Below, in pieces: positions 1 to 8,727 of a stretch of 64,000 nucleotides of DNA (position 1 is the stretch's first letter; every line of letters begins with the position of its first letter). A program made the position numbers and the translations under genes. The DNA comes from an uncultured bacterium. Lineage in GTDB: Bacteria > Babelota > Babeliae > Babelales > Vermiphilaceae. The notes beneath the pieces were generated by a model. It was not told the DNA's origin, did not search any database, and saw only the letters and a list, made by a program, of their open reading frames with translations. Location: assembly GCA_963695335.1 (NCBI GenBank), contig OY968764.1, positions 704,001 through 768,000 on the forward strand, in the 5' to 3' direction.

Positions 1-90
1 AAAGTATTCAAATGGACAAAATTATGTTTTTGTGTAATAATGAATACTGTTTGTATTTCTTCACATAGAATTTATCACAAGGGCTGGGAT

Positions 91-1218
91 ATGTCACGTT
101 TTAGGGTTATTTTAGTTGCTTTATTTGGTTTTGGCTTATCATTCTTGTCTATGGCAATGGAAAAGAAGTCTATGTCGTCTGCCAGTTCTCACTATCTGAG
201 TCCTGATATCCAAAAATTAATACTTTTCAAAAGTGCCGCATTAGAAGACAAATATGGCAATCGTATGCCTGAAGATGTGAAAAATGTAATAGTGCAACAA
301 AATTATGACTTTTATCGTGATGACTTGCTTGCATCTGGCATAAACAAAAAATTGGAAAAGGCATTAGGTAAGTTAAATGACGAGGGCAGAATTGCCAAGT
401 ATGATGGCGCAAAGATTGAAGCTAATGATTTTGATTTACTAACTATGAGTGATGAAGGAAGAGATGTTTTTTTTCATTTCATAAGCGCTTTACCATATAA
501 ATATACTACATTAGATGGTTCATATGAGTATTTTCGTCATGATAGATATACAAGTAATTTTATGCGATATGACTATGACTTAGAAGATGAAAGTAATAGA
601 AAACATTTGGGTTTACTATCAGTAGATGATTACAATAAAATGTTACATTTGCCAGTAACATTGAGAAGTAAAGTTGGAAAGTTATGTGCCGTAAAAACTA
701 TAGGGTCAGAGGTTCCTTATTATTCTTATATGACAAAACACGTTATCAAAGATATTAAAAGAGAAATTAGTGAGATTATAAGAGATATTCCAAATAGAGA
801 CAGAATCTTTTTGACAATGATATCAGGAGCTTCAATTGTTTTTGCTTTGAGTGGTTTGGGGTATGGAGAGAGGTTTGGTTCAGGAGTATCATGTTTGTCA
901 TCATCGGGTTATTATGCTGGATCAGGTATAGTATGTGGCTTTGGTGGACTTACTGCGTTGCTGAGTACTGTAATAGCACGAGATAGGCATAATGAATTAA
1001 AAAGATATGGACCAGGGTTTGAATTGATAGATAAACCTATTCTGACATTAGAAGAACAAGAAAATATTAAAAAAGTAGAAAAAGAAGCTCAAGAGAAAAA
1101 AGAGCAAAGAGGTATGGCTTTATATAAGCCAATTAACACAAAGCAATTTGAAGTATTAACAAAAAATTTATCAAAAAGTGTTCAATCAGATCGTCTTAGT
1201 TTAAGAAATAAAGAATAA
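91..1218 (+). CDS. Hypothetical secreted/membrane protein (signal peptide ending SMA|MEKK; two hydrophobic segments near the C-terminus)
   Basis: ORF 40..1218; likely start ATG at 91 (MSRFRVILVALFGFGLSFLSMAMEKK). Confidence 0.7.
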   Translation: MSRFRVILVALFGFGLSFLSMAMEKKSMSSASSHYLSPDIQKLILFKSAALEDKYGNRMPEDVKNVIVQQNYDFYRDDLLASGINKKLEKALGKLNDEGRIAKYDGAKIEANDFDLLTMSDEGRDVFFHFISALPYKYTTLDGSYEYFRHDRYTSNFMRYDYDLEDESNRKHLGLLSVDDYNKMLHLPVTLRSKVGKLCAVKTIGSEVPYYSYMTKHVIKDIKREISEIIRDIPNRDRIFLTMISGASIVFALSGLGYGERFGSGVSCLSSSGYYAGSGIVCGFGGLTALLSTVIARDRHNELKRYGPGFELIDKPILTLEEQENIKKVEKEAQEKKEQRGMALYKPINTKQFEVLTKNLSKSVQSDRLSLRNKE

Positions 1219-1400
1219 ATCAAGTTTGTTGGAATGAGTATAATAACTTCCCTGTTATCTTTTGTAAAAAGAGAGAGCAGGGGATTTTTTATGGTTTAAC
1301 CAATCAGTTGATGCTATTGATACAAAAGCTTGCAGAATAGCTATTTTCTGCTACATTTAAAATGTTTACTTTTTTACAGGTAAATAATTGAATTGTTCGT

Positions 1401-1474
1401 GGCGGCATAGCCAAGTGGTAAGGCATGGGTCTGCAAAACCTTGATCCCCGGTTCGAATCCGGGTGCCGCCTCCA
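1401..1474 (+). tRNA. tRNA-Cys (GCA)
   Basis: ggcggca...tgccgcc acceptor stem, ctGCAaa anticodon loop, GTTCGAATC T-loop, encoded CCA. Confidence 0.97.
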
Positions 1475-1616
1475 GTCTTCGTTGCTACGCAACTTCGTCT
1501 GGCTGCGCCAATATAAAAAATAAATAAGTTTTTTCTTATTGGGTACCCAACCGTAGCGTTAGCGAAGGTAGGGTTAAAAGACTGTCCGACGTAGTTCGAT
1601 AGAACGTAGACGGACT
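1475..1616 (+). repeat. tRNA-linked bipartite palindromic element, copy 1 (extra REP at 1541-1573)
   Basis: gtcttcgttgctacgcaacttcgtctggc ... gactgtccgacgtagttcgatagaacgtagacggact; recurs after the other two tRNAs. Confidence 0.9.
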
Positions 1617-1683
1617 AGCTAGCGATTTCGTTGCTGCGCCGCAGTGAGATGATTGTAAGATCGTGGGAATAATAAATAGGTGT

Positions 1684-1770
1684 GCCGGGATGGCGGAATA
1701 GGTAGACGCAAGGGACTTAAAATCCCTCGAGTGTAAACTCGTGCCGGTTCGAGTCCGGCTCTCGGCACCA
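1684..1770 (+). tRNA. tRNA-Leu (TAA)
   Basis: gccggga...tctcggc acceptor stem, ctTAAaa loop, long variable arm, GTTCGAGTC, CCA. Confidence 0.97.
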
Positions 1771-1923
1771 GTCTTCGTTGCTGCGCAACTTCGTCTGGCT
1801 GCGCCAACAAATGAATGTTATACAAGAGATTAACTTTGAAATTTTGTAAAGAAGGCTGTCCGACGTAGCGTGAGTCCGAAGAAGCCATAGGCGAAAACGG
1901 ATCGAAGGCGTAGACGGACTAGC
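1771..1923 (+). repeat. tRNA-linked bipartite palindromic element, copy 2 (nested insertion in the 3' half)
   Basis: Same 5' and 3' halves as copies 1 and 3. Confidence 0.9.
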
Positions 1924-2032
1924 TTGATTAAAAAAGAATGAGTGAAGCAGATCTTCTAAAAAAGAAAAATTATAAAAAAGTCTCGTAGTAACGATAAAAG
2001 ATTACGTAAAAAATAAGTTATAACAAAAACAC

Positions 2033-2061
2033 TTGACAACATATGTTCCTATGGATAGCAT
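2033..2061 (+). promoter_or_regulatory. sigma70-type promoter of hup
   Basis: TTGACA-17 bp-TAGCAT. Confidence 0.7.
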
Positions 2062-2127
2062 ACAAACTAGTATATCGTTTTTATTTTGTTTGCTTTGCCA
2101 TAGATCAATAAGTAAAGGATGTTCTAT

Positions 2128-2400
2128 ATGAATAAGGCAAAGTTAATCGAATCAATGGCTAAGGCAACCAAACAGCCAAAAGCAGTGTGTAAAGAAATGC
2201 TTGAAGCAGTTCTTTCTTCTATTGGTGGAGCATTAAAACAAGGAAAAACTGTAGTTTTGACTGGTTTTGGTACTTTCTCAGTAATGAAAAGAAAAAGCCG
2301 TGTTGGGATTAACCCAGTAACACGCGCAAAAATGACAATTGCTGCGAAAAAAGTTCCTAAATTTAAAGCTGGTAAAGCTCTTAAAGCTTCCATCAAATAA
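2128..2400 (+). CDS. hup: DNA-binding protein HU
   Basis: MNKAKLI...GFGTFSV..RKSRVGINP...PKFKAGKALK; likely start 2128. Confidence 0.95.
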   Translation: MNKAKLIESMAKATKQPKAVCKEMLEAVLSSIGGALKQGKTVVLTGFGTFSVMKRKSRVGINPVTRAKMTIAAKKVPKFKAGKALKASIK

Positions 2401-2426
2401 GCTTTATTGTTTTAGGTAGAAATTGT

Positions 2427-2456
2427 AAAAGAGGTGTCCATTTGGACACCTCTTTT
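2427..2456 (+). terminator. Intrinsic terminator after hup
   Basis: aaaagaggtgtcca-tt-tggacacctctttt. Confidence 0.85.
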
Positions 2457-2474
2457 GTTTTTTAATCCCTTTTT

Positions 2475-2542
2475 TATTGATTTTACAGGACTTTAATCAA
2501 TATACTTAAAGTAGAAATGTAGAAAAAAGATGAAAAAGGGAC
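2475..2542 (+). promoter_or_regulatory. Promoter/RBS block, copy 1 of a direct repeat
   Basis: TTGATT-18-TATACT then taaagtagaaatgtag and RBS; near-identical to 4118-4186. Confidence 0.75.
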
Positions 2543-2548
2543 ATTTTT

Positions 2549-4111
2549 ATGAAAAAATTATTGTTGTTTTTTAGTTTTTGTTCTGTCGCATCTGTGCATA
2601 GTGTGCCAGTAGGAACTCTTGAGCCAATTATGCCGCAGCATCAATTACTTGCGCAAAAGGATGCGTTAGAAGGTGTAGTTAAGAATATATGGGATAAATG
2701 TTTACATAGCTTGGATAAACAATTTCCAGGTTTGGCGCAACAAAATCCTTCTGATGAACATGTCCTGAGCGTAAATTTTGAGTTTGAAAAACAACCAACA
2801 ACCAATCATGGTCAAGAGCTCATAACCTCGATCGTGGATTCTGTGATAGCTCAAATCTCAATGTCTTCGCTTAAATTTGGTAAGACTACGAGCTGGAAAC
2901 AATTAGAACAAGACGAGGTACTCAAACAAGTGCTTGCGCGTATGATAGCCGCTGCGTTAATTGAGTTGGTCTTGAATGATGGTAGTGAACCTTTAGAGTG
3001 GTGTACTTGTACTGCTGAGTATAAGCGTATTACACTTGCATTATTGATAGTTAATGAACTTCGTGAAAAATTTGAAAATCCTACAGAGCGCATTGTATAT
3101 ACATCTTTTGCATCAGGGAATTTATTACAAGATTATGTAGCTTTAGGAGAACTTTTACTATCTCATAATAATATTTTAGTGAATCTCATTGATTTAAATT
3201 ATCCAGATATACCGGCATTAGCAAAAAAGAATTTAAAAAAAGCGGAAGCACATAATCTTCATATCCTTGAAATGAAATCTCAGCAAGAAAGCGCTGAGAT
3301 GATTGATAGTTTTAAGGTGAAAATAGCTCAAGTTATATCAGAAAGAAGATGGGGTAATAATGAGAAAGCTCATTTTGATGTCAGTGTGTATCAGAATGCA
3401 TATGAATATATCTTCCGTGCCAAAACTAATCCTCAGGAAAAAAGTAATGTATTGGTGATGGTAGATCCTTCTGTGTTTTCATATGCCATAGCAGATTATC
3501 CCTCAATGGCGAATGTCATTAATGTGTGGATAGATCAGGAAACAAAACCTGTATTTAATGTGTATTTACCGCGGCATCAGGGAACGCATTTATATCAACT
3601 AAAAGATAATGTTGATCCTAAAATAGTACAGTATCTTCAGAATCAGTTGTTGCAATTAATGGTAAGTACCGGAGCTAGTAAGCAGTATACAGGTAACTTC
3701 ACTAATGCGCTTTTAAATAAAACTATTTCTTTTGGCAAACAGATAACAGATCCAGTTTTAGCAACTGCTTTCCCTCGATTGATGCAAAGAAGAGTAGAGC
3801 TTAGAGAAGAAGCATTGCAAGAAGGTAGTGTTGATAATGATCTCCTTCAACCATTAACACCAGTTAAATTGGGTGATGTTTCTGTATTGCTGTCTTGGGG
3901 AACAGATGCCCATATCAGTTTTCAGGATTTAGTATGGGATGCGCTTGCACCCAATGCAGTTGTATATCAACTGTATGCCAATGATCCTAATAAGACCAAT
4001 GATGCGAATAATAAAATTATTAAGGTAAACCCAGAAATGTATAAAAAAGTGGATGTAGTTATCCCAAATGCTGGCCGAGCTTCTGAGGATAAATACAAGC
4101 GAGTTCACTAA
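2549..4111 (+). CDS. Hypothetical secreted protein
   Basis: 520-aa ORF with MKKLLLFFSFCSVASVHS signal peptide; no family recognised. Confidence 0.75.
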   Translation: MKKLLLFFSFCSVASVHSVPVGTLEPIMPQHQLLAQKDALEGVVKNIWDKCLHSLDKQFPGLAQQNPSDEHVLSVNFEFEKQPTTNHGQELITSIVDSVIAQISMSSLKFGKTTSWKQLEQDEVLKQVLARMIAAALIELVLNDGSEPLEWCTCTAEYKRITLALLIVNELREKFENPTERIVYTSFASGNLLQDYVALGELLLSHNNILVNLIDLNYPDIPALAKKNLKKAEAHNLHILEMKSQQESAEMIDSFKVKIAQVISERRWGNNEKAHFDVSVYQNAYEYIFRAKTNPQEKSNVLVMVDPSVFSYAIADYPSMANVINVWIDQETKPVFNVYLPRHQGTHLYQLKDNVDPKIVQYLQNQLLQLMVSTGASKQYTGNFTNALLNKTISFGKQITDPVLATAFPRLMQRRVELREEALQEGSVDNDLLQPLTPVKLGDVSVLLSWGTDAHISFQDLVWDALAPNAVVYQLYANDPNKTNDANNKIIKVNPEMYKKVDVVIPNAGRASEDKYKRVH

Positions 4112-4117
4112 TTATTC

Positions 4118-4186
4118 TATTGATTTTACAGGGTTTTACTTAATATACTTAAAGTAGAAATGTAGGAAAAAGATTAAAAAGGAGAC
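4118..4186 (+). promoter_or_regulatory. Promoter/RBS block, copy 2
   Basis: tattgattttacagg...aatatacttaaagtagaaatgtag...aaaaaggag. Confidence 0.75.
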
Positions 4187-4190
4187 TGTC

Positions 4191-4640
4191 ATGCTTAATG
4201 AAGGACAAGTAATGCTCGATGGAGCGCAAGAGGCAGCGACTGCTTTGCCAGAAGCAACTACCGCAGGTACAGGACTTATCGATTCTTTAAAAAATGCTAT
4301 GCAGCCGGATGTTATTGCCAACAAGCTTGGCGTAGACAAAAACATGCTCGTTGATATCACCTTGTACGGAGCAATCGGCTTTATCGTAGGTTTTCTTCTT
4401 AAAAAATACAGTGAATATTTTATATCCATGGCGCTTTTGATTATTGGGATTTTTGTATTACAGCAGTTTGAATATGTTTCTTTCTCTATTAATATGCCAA
4501 AAGTACATGAACTGTTTGGTATACAATCAGGTGTAGCAGTTGATGGATACGGAAGATTGGTATGGGAATCAATCAAAGCTAATATTGCAGGTTCAACAAG
4601 CTTAGTAGTTGGATTTTTAATTGGTCTTAAAGTTGGTTAA
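4191..4640 (+). CDS. FUN14-family membrane protein
   Basis: GAIGFIVGFLLKK, LQQFEYV..IN, and terminal GFLIGLKVG match the FUN14 pattern. Confidence 0.7.
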   Translation: MLNEGQVMLDGAQEAATALPEATTAGTGLIDSLKNAMQPDVIANKLGVDKNMLVDITLYGAIGFIVGFLLKKYSEYFISMALLIIGIFVLQQFEYVSFSINMPKVHELFGIQSGVAVDGYGRLVWESIKANIAGSTSLVVGFLIGLKVG

Positions 4641-4655
4641 AAAAAAGGATAGGCA

Positions 4656-5276
4656 ATGGATAATACATTTGAAGTAGGGTTTCTGCGAGTATTAGCTGAA
4701 CTTAAGCTTATTACCGCAGAAGATGCTGTGAAGTTACTTGCGGCATATCATGAATCGGACGTGGATCAATTTGATGAATTTCTTCTTTCTGAAGGAATTC
4801 TTGATGCAGAAAATCTTCTGCAAGCATTATCGCACTATTATCAAGTACCATCATTTGATGCTTCAGGATATTTTTTTGAAAGACATTTATTGCATATGTT
4901 TCCCAAAGAAATGCTCGTAAGGCATGAAATTATTCCTATGCAAGTTGATGAAAACATGATGATTGTGGTAGCAGCAGACCCTAGTAATTCTGATCTTTTG
5001 TTTGAAATTGGTGAATACGTTTCTTATGATATCCGTTTCTATGTTGGCGTTGCTCGTGATATTTGTGATGCAGTAGAAGAGTATTACGATAAAGCAGATA
5101 CCGAAGTTGATGAAGATGAGGATATTGGGCAAGAGCAACTGTTGCGCAGTGAATTTATGCACTTGGCAGAAGCTGACGAAGAAATTGTATTTCCAACAAA
5201 TACAGAGTACATGGTAAAAGATGAAGAGATCGTAGAAGATGAAGAAGGTGAGGTAGAGTACCTTGAAGAACTCTAA
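4656..5276 (+). CDS. GspE/PilB N-terminal (T2SSE_N/MshEN-like) domain protein with acidic tail
   Basis: LLSEGIL..ENLLQALS, RHEIIP, IVVAADP motifs; directly upstream of the ATPase. Confidence 0.75.
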   Translation: MDNTFEVGFLRVLAELKLITAEDAVKLLAAYHESDVDQFDEFLLSEGILDAENLLQALSHYYQVPSFDASGYFFERHLLHMFPKEMLVRHEIIPMQVDENMMIVVAADPSNSDLLFEIGEYVSYDIRFYVGVARDICDAVEEYYDKADTEVDEDEDIGQEQLLRSEFMHLAEADEEIVFPTNTEYMVKDEEIVEDEEGEVEYLEEL

Positions 5277-6447
5277 TCATACAATGGTTGATGATGAATC
5301 AGTTGTTTCACGAGTTGATGCATTGCTACAGCATGCAATTGAGCACCGTGCATCAGATATTCATCTTGAACCAACACGTGATGAATTACGAGTTCGTTTT
5401 AGAGTTGATGGTATTTTGGTTGATCAACAATCGTTTTCTTCTTGTTTAACGGCATCAATTATTGCACGTCTTAAAATTTTAGCTCATATGGATAGTGCAG
5501 AGCGCAGACTTCCGCAAGATGGTAAATTCCATTTGATGCACGAAGGTAATGAAGTTGATATACGTGTCTCCACATTCCCGTGTTTGCATGGTGAAAAAAT
5601 GGTTGTCCGTATTCTTGATCGGATGCTGCAAACAATTAATCTTGATAATCTTGGTTTTGAGCCCACTATGTTGGATGCATTTAAACGATTAATGCAACGG
5701 CAGAGTGGATTTTTTTTAGTAACTGGTCCAACAGGGTCAGGTAAGACAACAACGTTGTATGCAACCCTGTCTTTATTGCACAACTCAGAAAAAAATATTG
5801 TCACATTAGAAGATCCGGTAGAATATTCTTTGCGTGGTATTACCCAAGCGCAAATCAATCTCCCGGTAGGTTTTACATTTGAAAAAGGGATACGTTCTTT
5901 GGTTCGTCAAGATCCTGATATTATTATGGTGGGTGAAATTAGAGATAAAATTACCGCGCGTATTGCCATAGAAGCCGCGCTGACGGGGCATTTAGTTTTG
6001 AGTACATTGCATACAACAGATGCACCGAGTGCAATTATGCGTTTAATGGATATGGGCATTGAACCATTTTTAATTAACGCAGCACTTTCTGGTGTGCTCG
6101 CGCAACGTTTAGCGCGTAAACTGTGTGGTAATTGCCGCACAACACGTCCTGCAACAGCAGAAGAAAAACAGTTGCTTAAGGAGTATGGAATTAAAAATAT
6201 GGATTTTGTGTATGAATCTCTTGGTTGTGCAGCGTGCGATAATCTTGGATATAAAGGACGTGTGGGAATATTTGAATTGTTAGAAATTTCCCCTGAATTG
6301 CGATCGTTGATTATTAAAAACCCATGCTTTGATGAGATATATAAACAAGCGCTTGCCAATGGTATGAGAACGTTAGAAAGTGACGGTGCGCATAAAGTTA
6401 AAGAGGGTATTATTTCTTTAGCTGAATACGCACGTATTATTACGTAG
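5263..6447 (+). CDS. pilB: Type II secretion/type IV pilus ATPase (GspE/PilB), lacking the N-terminal domain
   Basis: ASDIHLEP, RLPQDG, Walker A GPTGSGKTT, TLEDPVE, RQDPDIIMVGEIRD, TGHLVLSTLH, CxxC pairs. Confidence 0.9.
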   Translation: MKNSNHTMVDDESVVSRVDALLQHAIEHRASDIHLEPTRDELRVRFRVDGILVDQQSFSSCLTASIIARLKILAHMDSAERRLPQDGKFHLMHEGNEVDIRVSTFPCLHGEKMVVRILDRMLQTINLDNLGFEPTMLDAFKRLMQRQSGFFLVTGPTGSGKTTTLYATLSLLHNSEKNIVTLEDPVEYSLRGITQAQINLPVGFTFEKGIRSLVRQDPDIIMVGEIRDKITARIAIEAALTGHLVLSTLHTTDAPSAIMRLMDMGIEPFLINAALSGVLAQRLARKLCGNCRTTRPATAEEKQLLKEYGIKNMDFVYESLGCAACDNLGYKGRVGIFELLEISPELRSLIIKNPCFDEIYKQALANGMRTLESDGAHKVKEGIISLAEYARIIT

Positions 6448-6449
6448 AT

Positions 6450-7271
6450 TTATTTTTTAAAAGAACCTGTCAATTCTCTATTTCTCAGAGATCTAAAGCA
6501 AGACTTATTTGTAACAATTTTTTCTTCTTGTGATGCAATCAAAATGAGTGGAAAGCGAATTGGAACTATTTTTTCATCGATAATTGATTGCCTAATCGCT
6601 TTATCATTTGAAACGCCATTGGGGCCGTGTTCGAACCGATCAAACTTTCTCCATTCGTTTGTTATACTATCCCATATTTTTTCTGTTCCGTTTTTTCTTA
6701 TTAGTTGAGCATCAATTAATTCTTGTACATTATCTTTTTCATCTATCCAAGTACTTGCCTCTTTGTAAAATTGTTTTTTAGCAAAATTTCTGTCTTGGGC
6801 AAAGCTATTTTTTTTAAGTATTGGATTTTTTGCGCATACTATTTTGACTAAAAATTGTTGATCTTTGAGAGCAGGTTTGTTGGGGTATAGTTGAGCGCCA
6901 GTTTTTTTAACAGTAGTCAGGGTAGAGCCATCGTTGAGATTAAATGTATGTTTTAATGGAATAACTTTTTTAAACGTAATGACTGAAGGATTGTTTAAAT
7001 TTTCTATTATTTTAAATGTCATCACTGGATCTTTAATTGTTGTAGGCAAATTGAGAGCAGTATGAACTGATTTGGTAGCGTATTTGATTGAGGTGTCATA
7101 ATATGGAGATAATTGGCATTCGAGAATCATGGCATGGTATGTAACGACTGTTATATTTTCTGACTCTTTTAGTTGTAGTTGCGGATGATTATTTGGTTTT
7201 TCCATGGCAGCGATAGAGTTGTAGGTAATCATGATGAATATAATGAAGCCGTTTTTTGTGAATGGATTCAT
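6450..7271 (-). CDS. Secreted hypothetical protein, HGPNG family paralog 1
   Basis: Signal ending IAA|MEK; NLP..IKDP, C..NP.L and HGPNG shared with the ORFs at 7917 and 8728. Confidence 0.75.
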   Translation of the reverse strand: MNPFTKNGFIIFIMITYNSIAAMEKPNNHPQLQLKESENITVVTYHAMILECQLSPYYDTSIKYATKSVHTALNLPTTIKDPVMTFKIIENLNNPSVITFKKVIPLKHTFNLNDGSTLTTVKKTGAQLYPNKPALKDQQFLVKIVCAKNPILKKNSFAQDRNFAKKQFYKEASTWIDEKDNVQELIDAQLIRKNGTEKIWDSITNEWRKFDRFEHGPNGVSNDKAIRQSIIDEKIVPIRFPLILIASQEEKIVTNKSCFRSLRNRELTGSFKK

Positions 7272-7362
7272 ACAGTTCCTGAATGATTATTTTTTTCTTT
7301 TGAACCTAACATATTTGTTTGGGTGATGCTACCTATGGTTTTATTTGAATGAGTTATTTGGT

Positions 7363-7617
7363 TTATGTTTGTTGTACTTCAAGAAGTTCATATGCTATCT
7401 GTAATCGTAGAAAAAATCCTTCTGATAGTCCAAAAAATTTGCATAATCGTAGGTCGGTATCTGCAGTAATGCTGCGTTCTCCTCGGACGATCGTGTGAAT
7501 TCTATCTGCAGGGACTCCGATGGCTTTGGCCAAAGCGTTTTGACTCATATTGAGTTCATCAAGAAATTCAAATTTTAGCATTTCTCCGGCATGAGGATTA
7601 TGTATTTTTTTCATCAT
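7363..7617 (-). CDS. higA: HigA-family antitoxin (HTH)
   Basis: PHAGEMLKFEFL..LNMSQNALAKAIGV...RSITADTDLRL..FFG. Confidence 0.85.
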   Translation of the reverse strand: MMKKIHNPHAGEMLKFEFLDELNMSQNALAKAIGVPADRIHTIVRGERSITADTDLRLCKFFGLSEGFFLRLQIAYELLEVQQT

Positions 7618-7636
7618 TTACATCAATTGTTAGAGA

Positions 7637-7789
7637 CTAGCGGTTTCCTGCTGCCATATGGCGTGCACGGATACTTGCTTCTGCTTTTTCTTTTGTATTT
7701 GAATGCGCAATGACTTTCCATTTTCCATTTTCATGTTTTAAAATGGGCCAACCTTTAGTTTTTGTTTGTTTACCGACTTTATATGGCAT
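7637..7789 (-). CDS. Small basic hypothetical protein (50 aa)
   Basis: ATG at 7789 with GGAG RBS (MPYKVGKQTK...); ORF track extends to 7855. Confidence 0.6.
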   Translation of the reverse strand: MPYKVGKQTKTKGWPILKHENGKWKVIAHSNTKEKAEASIRARHMAAGNR

Positions 7790-7866
7790 GATGCTCTCCA
7801 ATAAGGGTACATTTATCACAAATACATGGTAATTAAAGCGTTCGTTTAAATTCAAGTGATTTAACT

Positions 7867-7917
7867 CATGAATTTTCTTTCAAAAAATACCGGCCTTTTT
7901 AGGGCCGGTTATTTGAT
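7867..7917. repeat. About 50-bp repeat with ccggcc/ggccgg hairpin, copy 1 (copy 2 at 8667-8718)
   Basis: tttctttcaaaaaataccggcctttt...gggccggttatttgat occurs twice. Confidence 0.85.
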
Positions 7918-8669
7918 TACTTAACTATTGTTACTGATGATGGTTGGAGTTGTAACGCAGCAGCAATGAATGGTATAATATCTGCTGGAAAAATTTGTTG
8001 ATCACATTGATAATTCTTTAAAAACCAAAGTATGAATGGAATTCTTGGCTTTATCACGTCTTTAAATTGAGCCTTAATCAACGCTTCTTCATTTGGGCAA
8101 CCATTTGGTCCATGTGTCCATATTGTTTGATTATTTACTTCTTTTTCAACTAAAATTTCGGCTGTTGAAAAATCTTCTTTTCTATCAATAGAAAATACTC
8201 GATCATCTGATTGATATTCGTATACTCTGAGAGTCCATGGTGCAAGTGTGTATAGTGGAAGTATTGCAATTTTAAGTTGAGTAAAAAAACTATCACCATA
8301 TAAATTTGGGTTTTCCATACAACGGACCATGATGTTGCGACTATGTTCATTTTTATCTAGCTTCACTTTTAGGCTTAGTAGAGGCTCTTTTGTGTGATAG
8401 GTAAAGAGATATTTAGCTGCTATGAGAGTGTCGTATTTGTCCCATGTTTTGAGATTAGTGATTATGCATAAAACAAGTGGGTCTTTAGGTTTTGAAGGTA
8501 AATTTTTAGGAACTTTCCGATGAAAGTGCCATCCGGTAGTGCAATACATTGCCATGTTTGATTTATGACAAATCATTAAAGTGTGTTCTGCTTCTTTTTC
8601 CATGGCAGTGATTGCATTGCAGGCAATCATCATGAATATCATAAAACTGTTTTTTACAAATAAATTCAT
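7917..8669 (-). CDS. Secreted hypothetical protein, HGPNG family paralog 2
   Basis: Likely start MNLFVKNSF at 8669, matching MNPFTKNGF of paralog 1; ITA|MEKE. Confidence 0.75.
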   Translation of the reverse strand: MNLFVKNSFMIFMMIACNAITAMEKEAEHTLMICHKSNMAMYCTTGWHFHRKVPKNLPSKPKDPLVLCIITNLKTWDKYDTLIAAKYLFTYHTKEPLLSLKVKLDKNEHSRNIMVRCMENPNLYGDSFFTQLKIAILPLYTLAPWTLRVYEYQSDDRVFSIDRKEDFSTAEILVEKEVNNQTIWTHGPNGCPNEEALIKAQFKDVIKPRIPFILWFLKNYQCDQQIFPADIIPFIAAALQLQPSSVTIVK

Positions 8670-8727
8670 GAGTTTTTCTTTCAAAAAATACCGGCCTTTT
8701 TGGGGCCGGTTATTTGATATGATCATA

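Noticed and set aside
1304..1888. Minus-strand ORFs 1304..1492, 1619..1888 and similar ones at 61095-61637
   Set aside because: Antisense readings of tRNAs and the tRNA-linked repeat; their shared peptides come from the repeat
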